Virus record (IMG/VR): IMGVR_UViG_3300017989_002952
Coordinates: 18,891-82,890 of that record
DNA: 64,000 nt
Source: a virus
Lineage: Duplodnaviria > Heunggongvirae > Uroviricota > Caudoviricetes
Direction: 5' to 3' (one strand)
Part shown: positions 47,023 through 54,582 of the stretch, one piece after another
Numbering within the stretch: the stretch's first letter is position 1
How the letters are laid out: each line of letters starts with the position of its first letter
Notes under the pieces: generated by a model
Databases searched by the model: none
Told to the model about the DNA's origin: nothing
What the model saw: the letters and a program-made list of their open reading frames with translations, nothing else
Made by a program: the position numbers and the translations under genes

Positions 47023-49727
47023 TGTATTCTCTCCCCTTTTAGTATCGTATCCATAACACCTGTATAATGACCACTATACAAGATGCCTTTAAGAATACTT
47101 CTCTTTGGGTTTGAGAATGCCAACGCCAATAACCAACTTTCATATGATGGGACTGTTTGAACAGAATGGAATTCAGGTGTGTATCTGTCTCGATTGTGGT
47201 GAAGACGCCATTTGGTATAACCAAACCACATCAACTGGGCAACCACACATTCAAAATGAACATGGTGTATGGATCTGCTATTATTGTAAACTTCATATAG
47301 CTTATGGACAAGAGTAATATACGTCTCACCCCTAAATTGATGAAGAAGTTTAGAAGCTACAGATAAATCATTAACAATATCCATTTGCTTCATATCGTCA
47401 TCTTGGTGCATATCCTTGATAACAGCAACCCCACTCGTGTGGAAGGTTCTCAATACCAACTGTGTATTTGTTTCTCCCATAGATTGAGCTGCAATAACAC
47501 CCACAAATCTACTGTCAATCGACTTGTATAATTCACCATAACATTTACAACAGACTCCAGGATTATTACAGAATATAGGACTTCTTACCTGGATTGTTTC
47601 ACCCTCAATCTCTCCATAATTTTTCTCGGTGATAAGTTTCAAACCATTCTTATCTTTCATCCATTTACCGACTAACATCTTTGCTTTCTTCCTGTCAGAT
47701 ACAAACACGTCGAGAAAGTCTTCCGTGCCACAATCATCAACAGATGTGTCAAGAATCAAATTAGCACAAGCAAAGATTAACTTTCTAGAAAGATAACCTG
47801 ATGACCCTGTATTAAGAGCAACGTCCAGAAGCCCTTTTCTACTTCCATATGTTGAATCAAAGAACTCCTTTTGTGTCAACCCGTTGAGAAAACTATGTTT
47901 TATCGGGTGTGGAATAATTTGACCCTTGAAGTTCGAGATAAATCCTCGAGTTAACACTATTTGTCTTACCTGATCCCAAGAACCCCTTGCTCCAGATTCA
48001 ATCATATATGAGTAAGAGAAGTTGTCTTCCAAGAAACGTTCTGTTTCTCTACTAGAAACATTATTTAACTGCTCCCTGATATCTTCATCCTCACCATATA
48101 GAGAACCTTGTAATTCATTGGCTCCTACAACCCGAGAAGCTTTCAATGACATAGAAGCTCCATATAACGTACTGTATTTAAACCCTAATCTTTTAATTGC
48201 ATCCAGAGTTACAGTCATAACTTCATAGGGATACTCGCGTTTGATTTGATTGAGTATTGCCCCAAGCTGCTTTTTGCCGACAACAGTATTTACAACAGGA
48301 TAAGTTTCGGGAAGACATTCATTAAACATTATTCTTCCCTTCGTAAGGGTTTCACCCTTGTATTCTTGTTGCTCTAATAATTCTGGAAATTGGTCTTTTG
48401 TAAGCATGTAGAGTCCAAGAATAATATCTTGACTCGGTGTTGTTGTAAGACTTTCATTTGCTGGATTTGTGAAATTTCTGGTAATAAGGAACTTGTCAAG
48501 CACTTCGTCTTTCGTCTTTCTTGAGATTGGGATATACACTGCCATTTGATCCCCATCAAAATCTGCGTTAAATGGGGGACAGGCTAACGGGTGAATCTTG
48601 ATAACATTATCAAGAGACACCTTAACTTTAAATCCCAACATACTTAATCGGTGTAAGGATGGTTGTCTGTTTAATAGACAGACCTCTCCTTTAACCAAAT
48701 TTTCACAGAGACTAAACAATATTGGTATTTGATATTCGATGCAATTGTCGACAAAGTCAATCCCTTGATTTAGGGTTTTAAACTTACCAACTTCAATAAG
48801 TTTCTTTGCAATTTTGAGTTTGAATAACTCAAGAACCATTAAATATGGAAGTACACATTCTTCCAAGTTAATAGTTGGATCAGGAATAATCACTGCACGT
48901 CCAGAAAAATCAATTCTCTTACCGAGTATATTACCTCGAATCAACCCTTCTTTCTTTGACATCTTTTCAACGATGTGACTATACAAATCGTTGACATCCT
49001 TTTGTAGTTGTTTAAAGTAACTATAGAAGAGTTCTTTGTTTCTAAGAATATCAACCATCGTCTCTTCCATAGTTTCTTTCTTGTTGAGAATCTGGTTATA
49101 GAAACGATTAATCTTATCTACAACCTGACTATTCCTCTCAACGCCCTTTGCCGCTGGTCTGAGATCTGGAGGCAGCACGATAATTTCACGCAAGAACATC
49201 TTGTGGACATTATCTTGTATTTTTCGCCACTCATCCATTTCATCAGCAAGTTTATCAGCCAACCCTTCGACTAACTCTTGAATGGCTTCCAATCTTTCCC
49301 ATTTGTCCGAAACATTTTCTGGTAAATGGTCTTCGGTGGTCACAACATATTCATCGCCGTCCATATACATTACTGCATCTTCTTTTTTCAGAAGCGTGTC
49401 GACAGCGCCCTTGATGTCCTTACCACCCACATCTATCAGGAGATCATAAAATACTGGATTCATGACTTGAATGGGTAAAACAATTTTTGCAAACCTTCTT
49501 CGTCTTTCATCACTATTAACAATGTCAACACCGCAGTCTCCACATGTGCCACCAGCTTTTGAAATTCCAAAATACGTTCCGCATTGACAGGTATAGTTCT
49601 TTAAGGGTCCAAAGATCTGCTCCGAGAACAGTCCATATTCATGGAAGTGTTTCTTATCCATGATTTTTGAGGATTTGACTTCGGGTAATTCCTCACAAAA
49701 TCGTGCGTAGTCCAGAAGACCTGGCAT
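47019..49727 (-). CDS. rpoC: multisubunit-type RNA polymerase beta' subunit (RpoC-like), compact 902 aa
   Basis: N-terminal Zn-binding CQCG...CGDCG. Catalytic NADFDGDQMAV motif. Confidence 0.85.
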   Translation of the reverse strand: MPGLLDYARFCEELPEVKSSKIMDKKHFHEYGLFSEQIFGPLKNYTCQCGTYFGISKAGGTCGDCGVDIVNSDERRRRFAKIVLPIQVMNPVFYDLLIDVGGKDIKGAVDTLLKKEDAVMYMDGDEYVVTTEDHLPENVSDKWERLEAIQELVEGLADKLADEMDEWRKIQDNVHKMFLREIIVLPPDLRPAAKGVERNSQVVDKINRFYNQILNKKETMEETMVDILRNKELFYSYFKQLQKDVNDLYSHIVEKMSKKEGLIRGNILGKRIDFSGRAVIIPDPTINLEECVLPYLMVLELFKLKIAKKLIEVGKFKTLNQGIDFVDNCIEYQIPILFSLCENLVKGEVCLLNRQPSLHRLSMLGFKVKVSLDNVIKIHPLACPPFNADFDGDQMAVYIPISRKTKDEVLDKFLITRNFTNPANESLTTTPSQDIILGLYMLTKDQFPELLEQQEYKGETLTKGRIMFNECLPETYPVVNTVVGKKQLGAILNQIKREYPYEVMTVTLDAIKRLGFKYSTLYGASMSLKASRVVGANELQGSLYGEDEDIREQLNNVSSRETERFLEDNFSYSYMIESGARGSWDQVRQIVLTRGFISNFKGQIIPHPIKHSFLNGLTQKEFFDSTYGSRKGLLDVALNTGSSGYLSRKLIFACANLILDTSVDDCGTEDFLDVFVSDRKKAKMLVGKWMKDKNGLKLITEKNYGEIEGETIQVRSPIFCNNPGVCCKCYGELYKSIDSRFVGVIAAQSMGETNTQLVLRTFHTSGVAVIKDMHQDDDMKQMDIVNDLSVASKLLHQFRGETYITLVHKLYEVYNNSRSIHHVHFECVVAQLMWFGYTKWRLHHNRDRYTPEFHSVQTVPSYESWLLALAFSNPKRSILKGILYSGHYTGVMDTILKGERIQ

Positions 49728-49730
49728 AAG

Positions 49731-50000
49731 CTAATCCTCCTCTTTAAATGTCTTGTTGATACTGTCAGCTAGGAACAACAGATGTTCCTTTACTTTTCTT
49801 GAAATAAGCTCGTCCAAATCCGGAATCACTTCGGCTGCAATAGCCTTGATGTCCTTCTTGGTCAACTCCATCTTCTTTTTCTTGACTATCTTTTCTATGA
49901 ATTCAGTGGCTTGTTTTTCTAAAGCCTCAAGACCACCGAGCAATTCAAATATTGCCGGATATTGTTCTTCAGGAGTCTTCTCCTTGCTCTTTTTGGTCAT
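49731..50000 (-). CDS. small helical hypothetical protein (89 aa)
   Basis: ORF with GGAGG RBS, directly upstream of the beta' gene. Confidence 0.4.
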   Translation of the reverse strand: MTKKSKEKTPEEQYPAIFELLGGLEALEKQATEFIEKIVKKKKMELTKKDIKAIAAEVIPDLDELISRKVKEHLLFLADSINKTFKEED

Positions 50001-50217
50001 TCGATTTCTCCTTTGACAACTTGTCTACAATTTTTTCTTTCTTATCTTTCCAGGCTGTAGTCAAGCCATTTTTTGCTACTTCAATTAACACATTTACTGC
50101 TTTGACCCCACTCTCTTTTAAAGGTTCTTCAACTTTTTCTAGAAGTTCAAGAGCAACAGGAGCCAACCCTTTACCGATTTTTTCACAAGCTTCTTTGCTG
50201 GATTTCTTAATATCCAT
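49969..50217 (-). CDS. small helical hypothetical protein (82 aa)
   Basis: ORF with AGGAGG RBS. Confidence 0.4.
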   Translation of the reverse strand: MDIKKSSKEACEKIGKGLAPVALELLEKVEEPLKESGVKAVNVLIEVAKNGLTTAWKDKKEKIVDKLSKEKSNDQKEQGEDS

Positions 50218-50228
50218 GCATAACCCTC

Positions 50229-50618
50229 CTATTCATAGGTGAATTCGTGCCAGGGTTGAAAGTAACTGTCATCGAGGTTAAAAGTTTGTAATAGATTCGC
50301 TACAGTTGGTATTATGGTTTCATCCGATTTTTTGAACTTTAGATCTTTTGGAAGACAAAGTTCTCCAGACGTTGGATGACAGTTTGGATGTACCCCATTA
50401 ATAACAACCCTCTTAAGCAAATCACTATCTGTAAAGTGTAAAGTGAACCCATGAAATACAAATTTATCTACTATGTCTGTAATGGGTCTCACTTCTCCTT
50501 TAAAGATAAGTTTCGTCGGAACTATTTCCATCTTAACGGGGACCCTTATCATTTCGTGTTCTCCTCCTACCTTTCCTACGCCGCACCTGTCTCGGCAATT
50601 AACTCTACGAAGTGACAC
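50229..50618 (-). CDS. ubiquitin-conjugating E2-like (UBC-fold) protein
   Basis: VHPNCHPTSGELCLPKDL matches the UBC active-site signature HPN(I/V)xxxGxICL(D)(I)L, including the catalytic Cys. With a start at 50618, the HPN sits at ~77 and the Cys at ~88, as in canonical E2s. Overlaps the upstream E1 3' end. Confidence 0.5.
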   Translation of the reverse strand: MSLRRVNCRDRCGVGKVGGEHEMIRVPVKMEIVPTKLIFKGEVRPITDIVDKFVFHGFTLHFTDSDLLKRVVINGVHPNCHPTSGELCLPKDLKFKKSDETIIPTVANLLQTFNLDDSYFQPWHEFTYE

Positions 50619-51451
50619 CCGTTATGACAACCAGGTGACACGATATAACTATTGAATACAAAGGGTAAGTCTAGTGAGGAAATTAGACAGGCTATCGCAT
50701 CGTTAGAATCTCGAATTGAGCCTGCTGGTATTTTTCTTTTGACAATTGGATATTCTCTACTTCCAACGAAGATGAATACTGGATGATTTTGGTTCATATC
50801 CCTTATTTTTGGTAGGTTTTCGTATAGGTTTGTTAATTTCCTTTCTCCCTCATGCGGCTCCAATATTTCGTCTGGTTTCCTTCTAACCAACGCCATGGAC
50901 TCCGCAATGTCTCTATTTAGATAATCCAACTCGATTTTATGTATGAGTTGTTTGTCTATGATTTCTTGTAGCAATCCCTTTTGTACCAATACTGCTGCGC
51001 TAAAGGCTGCTACTCGCAAATCCGTTTTCGATAAACGATGTAGATATCGACCCTGATGGTTTGACGCATATTCAACATCATGTCTTCCATCTACGATTAA
51101 ATAACGAGATGACATATACATTCGAACATGAATACTACCCTTTCGATCATATACATAATCTCTGCAATCAATCACCAAATCACATTCGGGTATTGGTGTT
51201 TTACCTTCGATAAATTTCTCATTTATTGCTGTCAGTATAACATCTTCTCTTCGCTGCCCAATCGAGCAGCAAAGAGCTTCAGTCTTTTGCTGACCTATAT
51301 CTCCCGTTCGAAAACAGGAGTTTCTAAGGTTCTTTTTCTCAACCTTATCATGATCAATAAGCACTAAATCCTTGATTTCATCAAGTTCAGAGAGACTTTG
51401 TGCTAAATGACTACCCAGACTACCACAGCCTACTATTGCAACTTTCTCCAC
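50576..51451 (-). CDS. E1-like (ThiF/MoeB family) adenylyltransferase
   Basis: VAIVGCGSLGSHLAQSL Rossmann GxGxxG, then LIDHDKVEKKNLRNS (a DxDxVExSNLNRQ-type motif). 291 aa. C-terminal CHNGCH Cys/His cluster. Confidence 0.6.
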   Translation of the reverse strand: MEKVAIVGCGSLGSHLAQSLSELDEIKDLVLIDHDKVEKKNLRNSCFRTGDIGQQKTEALCCSIGQRREDVILTAINEKFIEGKTPIPECDLVIDCRDYVYDRKGSIHVRMYMSSRYLIVDGRHDVEYASNHQGRYLHRLSKTDLRVAAFSAAVLVQKGLLQEIIDKQLIHKIELDYLNRDIAESMALVRRKPDEILEPHEGERKLTNLYENLPKIRDMNQNHPVFIFVGSREYPIVKRKIPAGSIRDSNDAIACLISSLDLPFVFNSYIVSPGCHNGCHFVELIAETGAA

Positions 51452-51526
51452 GGGTATCCTCCATTGTTTCTCTCTCGACCTATAAGGTTTGTTATTTGTT
51501 CTTTATAAATGAATTTGTTTCACAAA

Positions 51527-52138
51527 TCAAGCGATTTCTGAAAATGTTCTGTGAATCTTTTCTCGCCTTAATTTAACAGTTTTCCCACTACGTCTGTACT
51601 TTTCAACCAATTCTAATATTTCGTTATGAAACGAAGCCTGGTCTTCAGTATTTATTTGAACTGTATATTTTCTATAGGGTATTTGCGCTGTCTGTACTTC
51701 TGACAACTTTCCCATTTCTTTCATCATTTCAGCAATCTCAATGATTGTCTCGTATAATTGTACTACCTCTCTAACAAAACTTTCTGCTCTCCCATAAACC
51801 TCAAGGGAGATATTCTTAATTGGGTGATGAAACAGATTGGGACTTCCGACTTTGTCGTAAAGTAATTGTAGGTTGCATGCTAGTTTCGTAGCAACCACTT
51901 CGTAAGATATCACATCTGGAATGTCGTTTAGAATATCTGTAAGAACTGCAAGGATTTGAAATATATCATCCTTATTCAATCTTTCTGCGACCTTACGAAC
52001 GCTTTCTTCATGTAATTTGTTTACTTCGTCAAGATTAATTTTGTAGGCTTTTACTTTCTCACCTTCTTGATTTTCAAGTACATAGTAGTCGGGATGTTCT
52101 TCCACGGCTTTAACCATATCGCCTTGATATATTGGCAT
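51527..52138 (-). CDS. hypothetical protein (203 aa) inside the Ubl-conjugation cluster
   Basis: ORF with GGAGGA RBS and no motif. Lies between the Ubl and E1 genes. Confidence 0.4.
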   Translation of the reverse strand: MPIYQGDMVKAVEEHPDYYVLENQEGEKVKAYKINLDEVNKLHEESVRKVAERLNKDDIFQILAVLTDILNDIPDVISYEVVATKLACNLQLLYDKVGSPNLFHHPIKNISLEVYGRAESFVREVVQLYETIIEIAEMMKEMGKLSEVQTAQIPYRKYTVQINTEDQASFHNEILELVEKYRRSGKTVKLRREKIHRTFSEIA

Positions 52139-52203
52139 GACATCCTCCTTGTTTGAAGGAGTAGCCCGACTACTAGTACCCGAGCTACTCCTTCGCTCAG
52201 ATA

Positions 52204-52680
52204 CTAGCCTTTACGGCCTGCTGGTTTCAAGAACTCCAAATCATCCCCTTCTTTGAGGACGTAGCTTCCGTCAACCTTGTCGCCGTTCACAATACCTTCA
52301 TCGAGGCGGCCTACATTGAGAACCTCCCTCAAGAATTCACCAACGGCACCAACAGTCTTTCCTGCAACCGGAAACTTACCAGAATTGGCTCCGCAAGAGA
52401 CACTGATGGCTGTCGTACACCTATCCCCAAATTTCTTTTCGGGATTGGTCATGACGCTGGACATTTTGAAGTCAGCCTTTGTGACTTTTTCCACACCGGC
52501 AGTCTTTCTCAGTTTCGCCATGTGACCTGTGGACTTTGCTCTGGCAGTGACCTTGTTGGCCTTCAGAATGGCATCAATGATAATGTCCTTGCGCTTCTTG
52601 CTCATTCCAGGTATGCTCTGGTCTCGACACATTTGGCGCAGTTCGGCTACTGTCTTCTCTTTCAATATTGCTCTCGTCAT
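52204..52680 (-). CDS. SAP-domain + beta-grasp ubiquitin-like (ThiS/MoaD-like) protein ending in Gly
   Basis: N-terminus KTVAELRQMCRDQSIPGMSKKRKDIIIDAIL fits a SAP helix-extended-helix. The C-terminus ...VNGDKVDGSYVLKEGDDLEFLKPAGRKG resembles a ThiS/MoaD beta-grasp tail. The first ~36 codons overlap the 3' end of the upstream E1-like gene in another frame; an alternative start at 52521 gives a 106-aa Ubl-only product. Confidence 0.4.
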   Translation of the reverse strand: MTRAILKEKTVAELRQMCRDQSIPGMSKKRKDIIIDAILKANKVTARAKSTGHMAKLRKTAGVEKVTKADFKMSSVMTNPEKKFGDRCTTAISVSCGANSGKFPVAGKTVGAVGEFLREVLNVGRLDEGIVNGDKVDGSYVLKEGDDLEFLKPAGRKG

Positions 52681-53377
52681 TCGATCGATCTCCTTTTACT
52701 AAGGGTTTTCGGGTTTGAGATCTAACACTCATTGTTTGAATGTCAAAATAGATCTCAGCACAACTAGTTGGCTCTTTGCCATTTAAAACTACTGTGTAGA
52801 ACGCCCAACACATGATTGTAGCTACCGAAAGGTTGGTAAACAGAAGCTGCGGCTCAGCCTCTGCCAATTCTTCACAGCCCATATCCTCAGGTGACCGGTC
52901 ACCTGGGGTTGCTATTTCCGGGTGGTAGTCCGTCAGTGATGGTGATAAATTCACACCTCCCTTTCTCACATAAATTTGGACATTACCGTCGGTAAATTCA
53001 TTACCGCCCGAAATGATTGTGACATCATCTAACCCTTCGGCGTGGTCAGATATCACTTTCCTTGTTTTGTGGTTATCGACACATACAAATACAACATCAC
53101 CATTTTTGACAATTTGGGCGACATTTTCTGCATTGACATAAGAGTCTACATCTTCAATATAGATCTTATGATAATTCTCTTTCAAATCCTCAGATTTGAT
53201 TTTCGCCTTATTACCAAAATCAGTGAACACTTGTCTTTGCAAATTCTTGTGCTCGTAAGCATCCCCATCAACCAATGTAAGTTGAGGCGTTTCTACTGAC
53301 GAGTAATTTAGAAACCTACAAAGCGCTTCACAGAGGTAAGTGCCGACCCCACCCAGGCCAATAACCTTGATATTCAT
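52574..53377 (-). CDS. second E1-like (ThiF/MoeB family) adenylyltransferase
   Basis: IKVIGLGGVGTYLCEAL GxGxxG, then LTLVDGDAYEHKNLQRQ (DxDxxExxNLxRQ). 267 aa. C-terminal ~40 aa are low-complexity. Confidence 0.65.
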   Translation of the reverse strand: MNIKVIGLGGVGTYLCEALCRFLNYSSVETPQLTLVDGDAYEHKNLQRQVFTDFGNKAKIKSEDLKENYHKIYIEDVDSYVNAENVAQIVKNGDVVFVCVDNHKTRKVISDHAEGLDDVTIISGGNEFTDGNVQIYVRKGGVNLSPSLTDYHPEIATPGDRSPEDMGCEELAEAEPQLLFTNLSVATIMCWAFYTVVLNGKEPTSCAEIYFDIQTMSVRSQTRKPLVKGDRSNDESNIEREDSSRTAPNVSRPEHTWNEQEAQGHYH

Positions 53378-54582
53378 CCGTGCCTCCCTTCTCCAAATCC
53401 TTCTTGGTCCAGGTGCTCGGGAACGTAATTGTGAATTGATTCCTCACCTGTGACAGTGAGGTCACCTGCGACATCCACAGACGCCCCATCCTCTTCCACA
53501 AACTCATAACCAAGAGATTCAAGTTGGTCGTCATCAAGATCCAAGGCGTCAATCACTTCTTCCATAAGCATGTCAACCTTGTAATCCTTATATGGACATT
53601 GTTCACATGGATTCCATTCATCGTCATTTCCAAATTGACGATAGAGAATGTCGGTATATGAATCACCTTTTCCAGGTTCTGGAATCATCATTGAAGGGTC
53701 TGGTGGGTAAAACGAATTTCCAACCCCGTCAAATAGACCAGGTTGTTGTGTATCTCGTTGATGAAATCGTTGACCCCAATGACCGTAATGTCGACCCCAT
53801 CTTCTAGAACCACGAACAGGCACTCCGGAGCCATGAACGACAACCCCTTCGTATACCTTTTTCGTTATTCCGTCCATCCATTTAGAGGGGAATCCGCTAG
53901 TGTTGGATGTAATTTTATATCCAAGGACCTCTTTCGGTTTTGGTATCGCTTTTCCCTGTGCTTGAAGTTGGTTGATATGAACTTCACCAAGCTGTTGCTC
54001 GTATGAATCCAACTCCAAACCCTCTACATAATCTGTTGGATTTACTGGAAAACGAGTCCCATTTGCTACGATAGATGCAGCAACCGAGAATCTTGGTTTA
54101 AGATTGTCACCGATTGTGATATGGAGACCATCCCATGTTGCTTCGTCATTTTGATCAGTCCCAGAATGAAATGCTGAGAAATTACAATGACTATGGATGG
54201 TTCCAAGCCTTACAAAGTCTTTATAACTCACCTCACTTTCATATTCTGTTCCAGCCGCTGAAACTTCCTGTTTTGGCACTTCGATGCGATACGTCTTTCT
54301 TTTCTGGTTATAATGAATAATGACATTCGCTTCTCCATGATGTTGATTGTAAACAGCCGTGAAAAATCTCTGCACCTCAGCAAACAGTTTCGCCGGAATC
54401 TTTTTAATATCCATGCTCGCGTATGCGTCCATCTCATTGAGTATTCCTATACCATCAACTTTCGCCATACTTTCGAACATACCCATCTTCTTTTTCAGAA
54501 AAATGCCTTCTTTTGAGATAATATACAAGATATCATCTGGCGGCATCTCTGTCTGCCCGTCATTAATCCAGACACTGAACAT
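53374..54582 (-). CDS. JAB/MPN (JAMM) metalloisopeptidase-domain protein
   Basis: GTIHSHCNFSAFHSGTDQND matches the JAMM motif H-x-H-x7-S-x2-D, with an upstream Glu. 402 aa with a long C-terminal extension. Its stop overlaps the E1' start (ATGA). Confidence 0.65.
   Translation of the reverse strand: MFSVWINDGQTEMPPDDILYIISKEGIFLKKKMGMFESMAKVDGIGILNEMDAYASMDIKKIPAKLFAEVQRFFTAVYNQHHGEANVIIHYNQKRKTYRIEVPKQEVSAAGTEYESEVSYKDFVRLGTIHSHCNFSAFHSGTDQNDEATWDGLHITIGDNLKPRFSVAASIVANGTRFPVNPTDYVEGLELDSYEQQLGEVHINQLQAQGKAIPKPKEVLGYKITSNTSGFPSKWMDGITKKVYEGVVVHGSGVPVRGSRRWGRHYGHWGQRFHQRDTQQPGLFDGVGNSFYPPDPSMMIPEPGKGDSYTDILYRQFGNDDEWNPCEQCPYKDYKVDMLMEEVIDALDLDDDQLESLGYEFVEEDGASVDVAGDLTVTGEESIHNYVPEHLDQEGFGEGRHG

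Noticed and set aside
50229-54582. Alternative reading of the E1/Ubl/JAB genes as a molybdopterin (MoeB/MoaD) or thiamine (ThiF/ThiS) sulfur-carrier pathway.
   Set aside because: UBC-like HPN...CL motifs (one or two) and a SAP-Ubl argue for protein conjugation. No MoaE/ThiG/MoaC partners are visible. This is kept as the main refutation scenario for the top finding.
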